NCBI GenBank assembly: GCA_966252305.1
Contig: CBINOO010000001.1
Coordinates: 17,979-81,978 of the forward strand
From: an uncultured Acidimicrobiia bacterium
GTDB taxonomy: Bacteria > Acidobacteriota > Vicinamibacteria > Vicinamibacterales > SCN-69-37
DNA length: 64,000 bases
Direction: 5' to 3'
Shown piece by piece: positions 49,476 through 58,952 of this stretch. The notes under the pieces are model-generated. The model saw only the letters and a list, made by a program, of their open reading frames with translations, had not been told where the DNA came from and searched no databases. The stretch's first letter is position 1; the number at the start of each line of letters is the position of its first letter. The position numbers were made by a program, and so were the translations under genes.

Positions 49476-50225
49476 ATGCGTTCACACGGGGTCATGGTCA
49501 TCACGGGCGCGAGCCGGGGCATCGGCGCAGCAACGGCCAGATTGGCGGCCGCTCGGGGTTATGTCGTCTGCGTGAACTATGTGCGTGACGCCGACGCCGC
49601 GGCAAAGGTCGTGGACGACATCACCGCGTCCGGTGGCACCGCTCGTGCCGTCCAGGCCGATGTCGCCGTGGAAGACGATGTGGTACGACTGTTTCGGGAG
49701 GCCGACACCCTCGGTTCGCTAACAGCGCTCGTCAACAACGCCGGCATCCTCGACCGGCAGGCACGGGTTGACCAGATGGATGCCGCCCGCATCAGCCGCA
49801 TCCTCACGACCAACGTCACCGGCAGCCTGCTCTGCGCTCGCGAAGCCATCCTGCGCATGTCCACCCGGCATGGAGGCCGCGGCGGAACGATCGTAAATCT
49901 CTCGTCGATCGCCGCGCGCTACGGCTCCCCGGGTGAATACGTCGACTACGCCGCCAGCAAGGGAGCGGTAGACAGCCTGACCATCGGCCTTGCGCGGGAG
50001 GTGGCCGAAGAGGGAATTCGGGTCAACGCCGTGCGGCCCGGGTTCACATACACGGACATTCACATCAGCGGCGGCGAACCCGATCGTGTGGATCGGGTCA
50101 AGGTGCGTGTGCCGATGAAACGTGGCGGCACGCCGGAGGAAGTGGCTGCAGCGATCCTCTGGCTCAGCGGTCCCGAGTCGGCCTACTGCACCGGGACCTT
50201 CATCGACGTTGCGGGAGGCATGTAG
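49476..50225 (+). CDS. Short-chain dehydrogenase/reductase
   Basis: TGASRGIG, NNAG, YAASK, NAVRPG. Confidence 0.93.
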   Translation: MRSHGVMVITGASRGIGAATARLAAARGYVVCVNYVRDADAAAKVVDDITASGGTARAVQADVAVEDDVVRLFREADTLGSLTALVNNAGILDRQARVDQMDAARISRILTTNVTGSLLCAREAILRMSTRHGGRGGTIVNLSSIAARYGSPGEYVDYAASKGAVDSLTIGLAREVAEEGIRVNAVRPGFTYTDIHISGGEPDRVDRVKVRVPMKRGGTPEEVAAAILWLSGPESAYCTGTFIDVAGGM

Positions 50226-50228
50226 TTC

Positions 50229-50999
50229 ATGGAGCTCATCGTCTGCCTCGTCGCCGTTCTCGCCTCGGCACTGACGTTTTTTTCGGGCTTCGGACTCGGC
50301 ACCTTGCTGATGCCGGCATTTGCGCTCTTTTATCCGATTGAGGTCGCCATTGCCTCGACGGCGGTCGTGCATTTCCTGAACGGGCTGTTCAAGGTCGCGC
50401 TCGTGGGACGTCACGCGGATCGAACAGCGGTGATCCGATTCGGCCTGCCGGCGATCGCTGCCGCGCTGGTCGGCGCGTGGATGCTCGGCCGCCTGGCTGA
50501 TGCGGCGCCGATCGTGAGCACAACGGTCGGGGCGGTGCCGATCTCTGTTGTTCCCGCCAAGGCCGTCGTCGGCGCGCTGCTGGTTGGCCTCACCCTGCTG
50601 GAGCTGTCGCCGTGGTTTCAGCGCCTCGCGCTTCCCACATCCTGGCTGCCGGTCGGCGGTGTCCTGAGCGGCCTGCTCGGTGGAATCTCCGGTATGCAGG
50701 GCGCGCTTCGAACGGCGTTCCTGATTCGGCTTGGCCTGTCAAAGGAAGCGTTCATCGGCACCGGCGCGATCATCGCGGCAATGGTCGACGTCTCGCGATT
50801 GAGCCTGTACGCCGGGCACCTGAGTGACGCCAGGGCCACGTTGAACCTGCCACTCCTTGCCGCGGCCGTGGCGTGCGCATTTGCGGGCGCGCTCATCGGC
50901 AACCGCTACCTCAAGAAGGTCACGCTCGGCACGGTGCAGCACATCGTGGCCGTCATGCTCGTTGTCGTCGGCATCGCACTGATAGCAGGGTGGCTGTGA
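50229..50999 (+). CDS. TSUP (TauE/SafE) family transporter
   Basis: SGFGLG, GGISGMQG; about 8 TM helices. Confidence 0.85.
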   Translation: MELIVCLVAVLASALTFFSGFGLGTLLMPAFALFYPIEVAIASTAVVHFLNGLFKVALVGRHADRTAVIRFGLPAIAAALVGAWMLGRLADAAPIVSTTVGAVPISVVPAKAVVGALLVGLTLLELSPWFQRLALPTSWLPVGGVLSGLLGGISGMQGALRTAFLIRLGLSKEAFIGTGAIIAAMVDVSRLSLYAGHLSDARATLNLPLLAAAVACAFAGALIGNRYLKKVTLGTVQHIVAVMLVVVGIALIAGWL

Positions 51000-51077
51000 C
51001 CACAATCGAACACTCACTGACGTAGCTACTGGTGAGTATCAGACAAGATTGACACCAGGGCCGTCCAACGGCTTTGG

Positions 51078-52844
51078 ATGAATACACGGGCATTCTGGGG
51101 TGCTGCGCTCGCCAGTGTCGTGCTCACACTCTGGGTGTTCGCGCCGGTCAGCGGGTTCGATTTTGCAGCCTACGACGATGAGGAGTACATCGTCGACAAT
51201 CCAGCGGTGGCTGCCGGATTGACGGCTGAGGGCACACGCTGGGCGTTCGAGCATGCCTACCGCGGCACTGGCGGGCCGCTGACCTGGCTCTCGCACATGG
51301 CTGATGTCGAGATGTTTGGCCTCGACGCGGGCGCCCACCACGTGATCAACCTCGTGATTCACGTTCTTGCGAGCATGCTGTGCGGCCTCAGTCTGTGGAT
51401 GCTCACTGGTGCGGTGTGGCGATCGTTGATCGTTGCTGCGCTCTTTGCGATACATCCACTGCACGTTGAGTCAGTGGCGTGGGTTGCGGAACGCAAAGAT
51501 GTACTCAGTGCGGTTTTCTGGTTTCTGACGGTGATTGCGTACGTGCAATACGTTCGGCGTCCGACGCCGGCCCGTTATCTGGCGGTGTGCGGGGTGTTTG
51601 TGCTGGGCCTGTTGTCCAAACCCATGGTGGCCACTCTGCCTGCGGTTTTGCTGTTGCTTGACGCCTGGCCGCTTGCACGGACCAACGGATGGCGGCGGCT
51701 GGTGAGCGAGAAGATTCCACTGGCGGCGTTTGCCGCTCTCGCCGTGTACGCAACCCTCGGTGCACAACAGGCGCGGGGCGCCGTTACGCTGGGGGACTCG
51801 CTTCCACTTGGCGCACGCCTGGCCAATGCTGTTGTGTCGTATGCGACCTACCTGCGCAAGATGATCTGGCCGGTGGATCTGATTCCGTTCTACCCGTTTC
51901 GCGTCGAGATACCCATCCTGGCGATCGTGACCAGCGCCGCCGTACTGATCGGGATCACAGCCGCAGCGTTCGTGTGGCGGCGCCGGTTGCCGGCGGTTTG
52001 GATGGGCTGGCTCTGGTACGCGGTCACACTCATACCGGTCTCCGGCGTGGTTCAAGTTGGCGGTCATGCCATGGCCGATCGCTTCACCTATCTTCCATTG
52101 GTGGGCGTCTTCATCGCGGTGGTGTGGCTGGTCGCTGATCAGGCGAAGCGCCTGTCGGTTCCGGCCGCCGGCCTCGGCGCAACGGTGGTCATCGTGATCG
52201 TGGCGTTCGGCGTCGCAGCGCGGGCCCAGGTGCTGCACTGGCGCGACGGCTACACTCTGTGGACGCACACGGTCCGCGTCGATCCCACCAACGCGCGTGC
52301 GTACAGCAATCTCGGCGCGGTGCTCGCCAGACGTGGGCAGCGCGACGACGCGATTCGTGCGTTCAGAGAGGCGCTGCGGCTGCATTACGACGTCCCGCAG
52401 ACACACTACAACCTGGGGCTCGCTCTGGCGGAGCGTGGCGACACGACGCAGGCCGAAGTGGAGTTCCGGGAAGCCATCCAGCTCGATCCGAACTACGTCG
52501 CGCCCCGCACCGCGCTTGCCACGATCCTCGTCGAGTCCGGCCGCCTTGATGAAGCGCTGCCGCACCTGCGCGAGGCGGTGCGCCTGCGGCCAGACGATGT
52601 GCTGGTGCATGTGAATCTTGGGGTCACACTGGGCCAGTTGCAGCGGCAGGCCGAGGCCATTCCGCACATGCGGGAGGCCATCAGGCGTGATCCTCTCAAC
52701 AGCCGGTGGCACTACTTCCTGGCGATGATGCAGCTCGAGCTGGGCCAGCTCGGACCAGCGAAGGTGTCGATGCGCGAGGCAGTGCGGCTGGCCCCAGGCG
52801 ACGCCATGGCGCGTCGGGCGCTGGAGATTATGGAGGGAAGGTAG
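51078..52844 (+). CDS. TMTC-like GT-C membrane protein with C-terminal TPRs
   Basis: YDD loop motif, HPLHVESVAWVAERKD, ADRFTYLP, TPR array. Confidence 0.82.
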   Translation: MNTRAFWGAALASVVLTLWVFAPVSGFDFAAYDDEEYIVDNPAVAAGLTAEGTRWAFEHAYRGTGGPLTWLSHMADVEMFGLDAGAHHVINLVIHVLASMLCGLSLWMLTGAVWRSLIVAALFAIHPLHVESVAWVAERKDVLSAVFWFLTVIAYVQYVRRPTPARYLAVCGVFVLGLLSKPMVATLPAVLLLLDAWPLARTNGWRRLVSEKIPLAAFAALAVYATLGAQQARGAVTLGDSLPLGARLANAVVSYATYLRKMIWPVDLIPFYPFRVEIPILAIVTSAAVLIGITAAAFVWRRRLPAVWMGWLWYAVTLIPVSGVVQVGGHAMADRFTYLPLVGVFIAVVWLVADQAKRLSVPAAGLGATVVIVIVAFGVAARAQVLHWRDGYTLWTHTVRVDPTNARAYSNLGAVLARRGQRDDAIRAFREALRLHYDVPQTHYNLGLALAERGDTTQAEVEFREAIQLDPNYVAPRTALATILVESGRLDEALPHLREAVRLRPDDVLVHVNLGVTLGQLQRQAEAIPHMREAIRRDPLNSRWHYFLAMMQLELGQLGPAKVSMREAVRLAPGDAMARRALEIMEGR

Positions 52845-52858
52845 TGCTCCAGGCAGCC

Positions 52859-52882
52859 GTGGGGCCGGGCTTCAGCCCCGCC
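52859..52882 (+). repeat. REP-like palindrome GTGG-GGCCGGGC-TTCA-GCCCCGCC
   Basis: Between convergent genes; same architecture as the 24413 copy. Confidence 0.6.
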
Positions 52883-52884
52883 GG

Positions 52885-54066
52885 TTACCGATGTCCGTGT
52901 TTCTCGTCGTTTTTGTGGCGCTCGTAGTGCTGGCGCAGCAGGTCCTTCCCGTAGTCGTTGCCGTTGGGTGTCCGGACGACGCTGTGGATGTGGGCCTTGC
53001 CCGGCACACGCTCGCCAGGTAACGCAACCGGCGTCTGGTGATCAAACTCGATGAGGATCACCGGACTGTGCACACGGTAGTAGAACGTGTCGTTGTCGCC
53101 CGTGCCGCCAATCCAGGCGAAGTGGGTGCGGTCCAGATGCGCGCGCACATCTTCCATCCGCACCTTCGCGTGACCTTCTTTCATGTAACCGACGTAGACC
53201 CCGATGAGCTCAAGCAACATCGTGCGCTGCCCGACGGTGAGCTTCGCGCCAGGAATCCCTGCGTAGTCAAGCACGAGGTTGTCGCGGAAGGCCTGCGCGA
53301 GCGCGTTGTTGCCGGTCTTGGAGGTCTGCAACGTGGCGGCCGACTTCTGCTCTGCCGTCAGCGCGCGCATGAACGAGAGGCCCTGCTGCTCTTCCAGTTG
53401 GAGGACGGACGCGCCCGCGTACTTGCCCGTCGTCGCGGTGACCGGTTCGGAGCCCAGGAAGGTCGGCGTCATCACAACCTGATCACCGAGCACAAAGTAG
53501 TTGACGATCAGATGATGTCCGTCGAGTTGCCAGCCCCACGGTTGTGTGTCTGACGGCACGCCCATCACGGTGAGGTGATACAACCACTCGCCGTATTCGC
53601 CGGGCCGATTGACCAGCTCGGCCAGGTGGCCATTCAGCCGCATGACATTGCGCGACTGTTCAAAGCCCCGCGCACTCAGGCTCGCGCGCATCAAATCGAA
53701 GGCGCGTTCACGCTGCGTTTCCGACATCTCTTCGAAACTCACGCCCTGCCGCGCGTAGCGATGCACGTTATTCCACTTCAACCACTCCTCATCGTCGACC
53801 GCATAGGTCGTTCGGGAGCGCTGGTCGTCGCTCAGCGCCTGGAGGAAGCGCTGCGCCGCGTCCCGCACAGGCCGCGTGGAGACTCCGGTCGACGTGATGG
53901 GAAACAGTCCGGTTTCAAGAGTTCCATTGGTGGTGATGCCCTTGAAGGGTTGCGGTTGCTGCGGCTGTCCGCCGCCTCGTTGTGCAGTGACGACGGCGCC
54001 TGTGGTCACGGCCAGGCCGAGTCCGATCGTCAACCACACGTGTGTCCGCTGCAGCCTCGTCGCCAT
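52885..54066 (-). CDS. DUF3500 family protein, secreted
   Basis: WGWQLDGHHL, TPTFLGSEP, YYRVHSPVILIEFDHQ, HIHSVVRTPNGNDYG; GGAGG SD. Confidence 0.88.
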   Translation of the reverse strand: MATRLQRTHVWLTIGLGLAVTTGAVVTAQRGGGQPQQPQPFKGITTNGTLETGLFPITSTGVSTRPVRDAAQRFLQALSDDQRSRTTYAVDDEEWLKWNNVHRYARQGVSFEEMSETQRERAFDLMRASLSARGFEQSRNVMRLNGHLAELVNRPGEYGEWLYHLTVMGVPSDTQPWGWQLDGHHLIVNYFVLGDQVVMTPTFLGSEPVTATTGKYAGASVLQLEEQQGLSFMRALTAEQKSAATLQTSKTGNNALAQAFRDNLVLDYAGIPGAKLTVGQRTMLLELIGVYVGYMKEGHAKVRMEDVRAHLDRTHFAWIGGTGDNDTFYYRVHSPVILIEFDHQTPVALPGERVPGKAHIHSVVRTPNGNDYGKDLLRQHYERHKNDEKHGHR

Positions 54067-54178
54067 GTGCCCTCCAGGTAATTCGATTGTGATGTGACCC
54101 AAGAGTACACCCGACCCATTCCCGTGGTGTTCGAACACGAACGGAACCGAATGGCAGCAGTTCCGGTATGTTTCTCCT

Positions 54179-54775
54179 GTGGAAGTCGTGAAGGCGTTCC
54201 GGCGCAACGCCGTGCATGTGCGAAAGGCGCTGGCCCAACTGCAGCAAGACTCGGGCAGGGCCGGGGTCGAACGGGGCTATTCGGAAGACACGGGGCTGAT
54301 GGAGCGATACAAGCGCCTGTCGATTCCCGTGCGGCGTGCGCTCAATCCCGCCGACCGGGCATCGTTTCAGCAAACGCTGGCGACCATCACCGCGGCTCAC
54401 GCTGCCGATCCCGGGCCGCTCCAGGCGGTGACCCGCTCCTGGCAGGCGTTTCAGCAGGAGTGTGAGTCCGGCCTGCTCCTGGGCGGCGGCCGTGTCCCGC
54501 GCGGCAGGATTCTGCAGGAATGGCTCGCCGCGGCGGCCTTCTACGATCAGCTCGACCGCGACAAGGCCTACGACCGGCTGATCGACCAGTGGGGCACGGC
54601 CGTCGAGGGCATCGGCGCTCAGATGTGTGAACAGGCCGCCGAGGTCATCGTTGAACTCGACTCGGTTGCCGCCGGCGTGCTCGGCGAACCGGAAATCCTG
54701 CCCCCACCGCCCAAGACCCCACCGCCACCACCCGATCCCGAAGAAAAGTGGTGGAAGCGGCTGCTGCGATTGTGA
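54179..54775 (+). CDS. Hypothetical protein
   Basis: Open frame with host-like codon pattern, Pro-rich tail ending KWWKRLLRL; start uncertain. Confidence 0.6.
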   Translation: MEVVKAFRRNAVHVRKALAQLQQDSGRAGVERGYSEDTGLMERYKRLSIPVRRALNPADRASFQQTLATITAAHAADPGPLQAVTRSWQAFQQECESGLLLGGGRVPRGRILQEWLAAAAFYDQLDRDKAYDRLIDQWGTAVEGIGAQMCEQAAEVIVELDSVAAGVLGEPEILPPPPKTPPPPPDPEEKWWKRLLRL

Positions 54776-54776
54776 C

Positions 54777-54853
54777 GGCGGGCCTGACCAGATCAGCGGT
54801 GGGGGGGGGATTCAGCCCCGCCGGACATTGGCGGGCCTGATGGCCCGCCCCAC
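54777..54853. repeat. REPIN/BIME-like cluster: two inverted REP-like units plus a partial copy
   Basis: GT(G)9ATTCAGCCCCGCC (54799-54822), inverted GTGG-GGCGGGCC-ATCA-GGCCCGCC (54853-54830), partial ggcgggcctga (54777-54787). Confidence 0.65.
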
Positions 54854-54917
54854 ACGAGTCATCCGACCCGCCATATACCCACACAACCTTCGGCCGCCGT
54901 TTGCCGTCATAGTAAGC

Positions 54918-54935
54918 GTCCCTACATAGAGGGAC
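54918..54935. promoter_or_regulatory. Candidate PadR operator GTCCCT-N6-AGGGAC
   Basis: 6-bp inverted repeat just downstream of a possible -10 (CATAGT) and upstream of padR. Confidence 0.35.
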
Positions 54936-54948
54936 CCTGAGGTGACGC

Positions 54949-55281
54949 GTGTTCAGTCCGGAATTGAAGAAGGGCAGCACCGAAATGCTGGTGTTGTCGG
55001 TGCTCGAGGCCAGGCCTCGTCACGGCTACGACATCGGCAAACGTATTGAAGCCCGGTCGGGCGGCCGCATTACGTACGCGCTGCCAACCCTGTATCCCCT
55101 GCTGCTCAAGCTGGAGGCGCGCGGATGGATCAAGGGCCGATGGGTCGAGGCGCCGGGCCAACGCGAACGCTGCTTCTACCGCCTCACCACCTCAGGACGA
55201 TCCGTCCTCGAGCAGCAGCGCCAGACCTGGCGCGAGTTTGTCGCCGCCGTGACCGACGTGATGGAAGGCTCCGATGCGTGA
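54949..55281 (+). CDS. PadR family transcriptional regulator (acidobacterial type)
   Basis: LKKGSTEMLVL..HGYDI..LYPLL..LEARGWI..FYRLTTSG; overlaps ADOP start. Confidence 0.92.
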   Translation: MFSPELKKGSTEMLVLSVLEARPRHGYDIGKRIEARSGGRITYALPTLYPLLLKLEARGWIKGRWVEAPGQRERCFYRLTTSGRSVLEQQRQTWREFVAAVTDVMEGSDA

Positions 55282-57970
55282 CTGGGAGGCCTACGTCCGC
55301 ACGCAGCTGCAGCTGCCGTCGCTGCGTCCTGAGCGTGAAAACCGCATCATCCGTGAAGTGGCCTCGCAGATCGAAGACATCTATCGCGATGCCCTGTCAC
55401 GCGGGCTCACCGAGACCGATGCGGACACCCAGGCCCGCGGACACATCACTGATTGGGCCCAACTTGCCCGCGACGTGCAACGCGCCGATCGCCCCCACCA
55501 GCAATCACACATCGACCGAATGGCAAACACGCTCGAAGCCACACCGACCCGCGCGAAAGGACCCGCACTCATGACCGCACACCTGCTCCGAGACCTGCGC
55601 TTCGGCGTCCGCCAGCTCATCAAGGCCCCCGGCTTCACCGTGGTGGCCGTGCTCACGCTGGCCCTGGGCATTGGCGCCACCAGCGCCATCTTCAGCGTGG
55701 TCAACGGTGTGCTGCTCCAGCCGCTGCCGTACAACGAGCCGGATCAACTCGTACGTGTGCACGAGACCGTCCCGCAGTACGGCCGCTTCTCGGTGGCGCC
55801 GGCGACATTTCTCGACTGGCGGGAGCAGAACGGTGTGTTCGACCGGATCGCGACCTACACGAACACCAGCGGCACGATCCAGTGGCCTGACGGACCGGAA
55901 CGCGTGCTCGGTGTTTCCGTCTCGTGGGACCTGTTCGAGCTGCTGCGAGTGACTCCTCAGCTGGGCTCCGGATTCGTGGCGGAGCAGGATCAACCCGGCA
56001 ACAACAACGTCATCGTCATCAGCCACGGCCTGTGGCAGCAGCGATTCGCGGGCGCGCCGGATGTCGTTGGCCGCACGGTCAACCTCAACGGACAAGCCAC
56101 GACGATTCTGGGTGTGATGCCGGAAGGGTTCTACTTTCCCACCCGCACGGCGGACTTCTGGCGTCCCATCGCGCTCAACCCGGCCAACGCGAGCCGCGGC
56201 GGCCACTTCCTCGGGGTGGTCGCCCGTCTGAAGCCCGGCGTGAACATCGAGCGCGCAGATGTCGAGATGCGGACCATCTCGGAACGCCTTGCCCTGCAAT
56301 ATCCCGAGAGCAGCGCGGGTGAGTCAGCCGAGGTGGTTTCGCTGCAAGAGCAGGTGGTCGGCAACATCCGGCCGGCGTTGCTGACGTTGCTCGCTGCCGT
56401 CTGCGTCGTCGTGCTGATCGCCTGCGCCAACGTCGCGAACCTCCTGCTCGTGCGGGCATCAATCCGCGAGAAGGAAGTGGCGATCCGAACGGCCCTGGGC
56501 GCCGGACGGTCCCGCCTGATCACACAGATGCTCGCCGAGAGTCTGCTGCTCGCGGTGACTGGCGGCGCATTTGGTCTCCTGCTGGCGTGGCTGGCGATAC
56601 CGGCGATTCAGACCCTGGGCGCCTCCAGCATTCCCCGCGTGATGGACGTCTCCATCGACGGCACCGTGTTGCTGTTCGCGGCCGGCGCCTCGCTGGTGAC
56701 CGGTCTGCTCTTCGGACTGGTGCCCGCACTCCAGCTCTCAAAGGCCGGCGTTCACGCGGTCATGAAAGAGGGAGGGCGTTCATCAGTGAGCTCGGGCGGC
56801 CGATGGCTGCGCAACGGGCTGCTGGTGCTCGAGGTCGCGCTGTCCCTGATGCTGGTGGTCGGCTCGGTGCTGCTGCTGCGGAGCTTCGCAAAGCTCACCA
56901 ACGTTGACCCCGGCTTCCGACCCGACGGCGTGCTGGCGTTCCAGGTATCGCTGCCCCAAACCGCATATGCGGATGCGGAGCGCCAGCTCGCCTTCTTCGA
57001 CGATCTCACCGGCCGCCTCGCCGCCACGCCAGGCGTGCAGCAGGTGGGTGCTGTGCAGACGCTGCCCATGCGCGGCGGGTACGTGTTGACGTTTGACGTG
57101 GTCGGGCGTCCCCCGGCGCGTCCGGGCGAGGAACCATCCGCCAACCATCGCGTAGTGACCCCGGACTACTTCTCGACGCTGGAGATCCCGGTGCGCCGAG
57201 GACGTACGTTCACACGCACCGATACAGCCACGAGTCCAATGGTCGCTGTTGTCGATGAAGCATTCGTCCAGCGCCACTTTGCCGACCAGGATCCCATCGG
57301 CCAGCGCCTCGAGATCGGTAACGGCACTGACGGCTCCTGCGAAATTGTCGGCGTCGTCGGCACCGTCAGCCATAACGGCCTCGACGCCGAGGCTCGACCG
57401 ACCATGTATGTGCCGTTGACACAGGATGCGTTCAACACGATGTGGATCGTCGCTCGCACTGCCGGCGACCCGTCTGCGCTCACTTCCTCGGTCCGGCAGG
57501 TGCTGTCAAGCATTGATCGCACGTTGCCGGCGTATTCGATCACTCCGCTCAGTCAGGTACTTGATGACTCGGTGGCAGACCGTCGCTTCTCGATGTTGCT
57601 GATTGTGCTCTTCGGCGTCGTCGCGTTGTTCCTTGCTGCCGTCGGACTCTACGGTGTCGTAGCCTATTCGGTCAGCTTGCGGACGCGAGAGATCGGCCTG
57701 CGCATGGCGATCGGCGCGCAGCCGGGCGCGGTCCTCCGCATGGTGATTGGTGACGGCATGAAGCTGGCGCTTGTTGGAGTCGTGCTTGGGGCAATCGCTT
57801 CGCTCGCGGCTTCACAACTGGTGGCGACGATGCTCTTCAACGTCGAGCCGCACGATCCCGTCAGTTACGCGGCCACCGCCGCCATCCTGCTCGGCATCGC
57901 CGCGCTGGCGTGTTACCTCCCTGCCCGACGTGCGATGAAAGTCGACCCCGTCACCGCGCTGACCGAGTAG
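55274..57970 (+). CDS. ADOP family ABC permease with N-terminal extension
   Basis: DLRFGVRQL..PGFTVVAVLTLALGIGA, LIACANVANLLL, REIGLRMAIGA, PARRAMKVDP. Confidence 0.93.
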   Translation: MRDWEAYVRTQLQLPSLRPERENRIIREVASQIEDIYRDALSRGLTETDADTQARGHITDWAQLARDVQRADRPHQQSHIDRMANTLEATPTRAKGPALMTAHLLRDLRFGVRQLIKAPGFTVVAVLTLALGIGATSAIFSVVNGVLLQPLPYNEPDQLVRVHETVPQYGRFSVAPATFLDWREQNGVFDRIATYTNTSGTIQWPDGPERVLGVSVSWDLFELLRVTPQLGSGFVAEQDQPGNNNVIVISHGLWQQRFAGAPDVVGRTVNLNGQATTILGVMPEGFYFPTRTADFWRPIALNPANASRGGHFLGVVARLKPGVNIERADVEMRTISERLALQYPESSAGESAEVVSLQEQVVGNIRPALLTLLAAVCVVVLIACANVANLLLVRASIREKEVAIRTALGAGRSRLITQMLAESLLLAVTGGAFGLLLAWLAIPAIQTLGASSIPRVMDVSIDGTVLLFAAGASLVTGLLFGLVPALQLSKAGVHAVMKEGGRSSVSSGGRWLRNGLLVLEVALSLMLVVGSVLLLRSFAKLTNVDPGFRPDGVLAFQVSLPQTAYADAERQLAFFDDLTGRLAATPGVQQVGAVQTLPMRGGYVLTFDVVGRPPARPGEEPSANHRVVTPDYFSTLEIPVRRGRTFTRTDTATSPMVAVVDEAFVQRHFADQDPIGQRLEIGNGTDGSCEIVGVVGTVSHNGLDAEARPTMYVPLTQDAFNTMWIVARTAGDPSALTSSVRQVLSSIDRTLPAYSITPLSQVLDDSVADRRFSMLLIVLFGVVALFLAAVGLYGVVAYSVSLRTREIGLRMAIGAQPGAVLRMVIGDGMKLALVGVVLGAIASLAASQLVATMLFNVEPHDPVSYAATAAILLGIAALACYLPARRAMKVDPVTALTE

Positions 57971-57996
57971 CACTCAGCACTGTGCACGTCGCACTA

Positions 57997-58926
57997 TTAC
58001 TTGAACATGTTCTTGACGACGAACCAGACGTTGGCGGGACGTTCGGCAAGTCGTCGCATGTACCAGGGGAACCAGTATTCGCCGTAGCTGATCAGGCAGC
58101 GGGTGCGAATACCCTGCGCAGCCAGCTGGTGTTGCCGGCTCGACTGGATGCCGTAGAGCATCGCGAACTCGTAGCGATCGGGCGACACGTTGCGCTCGCG
58201 GATGACCTTGAGGAGGCGCTCCTGCAGCGGGATGTCGTGTGACGCGATGTGCAGCAGCGCGCCGGGCTTCGTGTTGTCATCGCGCAGGAGTCGTTCGCAG
58301 ATCTTGAAGTAGTTCTCGTCGACGTCGGCCTTGTTCGGGAACGCGACGGTTGGCGGCTCGAGGTACGCGCCCTTCACCATGCGAATCGCCGAGCCAAGCG
58401 CGACGAGCTCTTCGACATCCTTTTCGGTGCGGAAGAGGTACGCCTGAATCGCGATGCCGATGTTCGGCGTGCGCTCGCGCAGCACCTTGAAGAGCCTGAT
58501 CGTGCCTTCAACGTACGGCGAGCTCTCCATGTCGATCCAGAAGAAGATGCCGTTCGCATCACACTTGTCGATGATCGTGTGGCAGTGCTTCACGCACGCA
58601 TCGAAGTTCTGGTCGTAGCCCAGCTGGGTGGGCTTGATCGAAATCTGCGCATCGATGCCCGCGGCCTTGATGAGGTCGATGACCTTCAGGTAGTGGTCAC
58701 GCACCTCGTCGGCTTCTTCAAGGCGAGTGATGTTCTCGCCGAGCCTGGTGAAGATCGTGTTCAGCTTTGCCGGCTGCAGTGCCTTGGCGGCCGTGATGGC
58801 ATCTTCGATCTGTTCGCCCGGCATGAACTTCGAGACGGACTTCCGGACAAACCCGGTGCGCATCGCGTTTTCACGAATCCAGGCATTGGTGGACGCCCAC
58901 AACAGGGCTCTTCGCATGACAGACAT
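57997..58926 (-). CDS. Monofunctional proline dehydrogenase
   Basis: ISIKPTQLG, IDMES, QAYLFR, RMVKGAY, ASHD, YMRRLAERPAN. Confidence 0.92.
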   Translation of the reverse strand: MSVMRRALLWASTNAWIRENAMRTGFVRKSVSKFMPGEQIEDAITAAKALQPAKLNTIFTRLGENITRLEEADEVRDHYLKVIDLIKAAGIDAQISIKPTQLGYDQNFDACVKHCHTIIDKCDANGIFFWIDMESSPYVEGTIRLFKVLRERTPNIGIAIQAYLFRTEKDVEELVALGSAIRMVKGAYLEPPTVAFPNKADVDENYFKICERLLRDDNTKPGALLHIASHDIPLQERLLKVIRERNVSPDRYEFAMLYGIQSSRQHQLAAQGIRTRCLISYGEYWFPWYMRRLAERPANVWFVVKNMFK

Positions 58927-58952
58927 CGGGCCGAATTGTAGCCCAGAACCGG

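Noticed and set aside
50229-50999. TSUP transporter as part of the thiosulfate module
   Set aside because: Over 40 kb from tsdA, coupled to an SDR gene, and the family has broad substrates
54801-54809. Poly-G tract as a phase-variation site
   Set aside because: Intergenic and part of a degenerate REP stem
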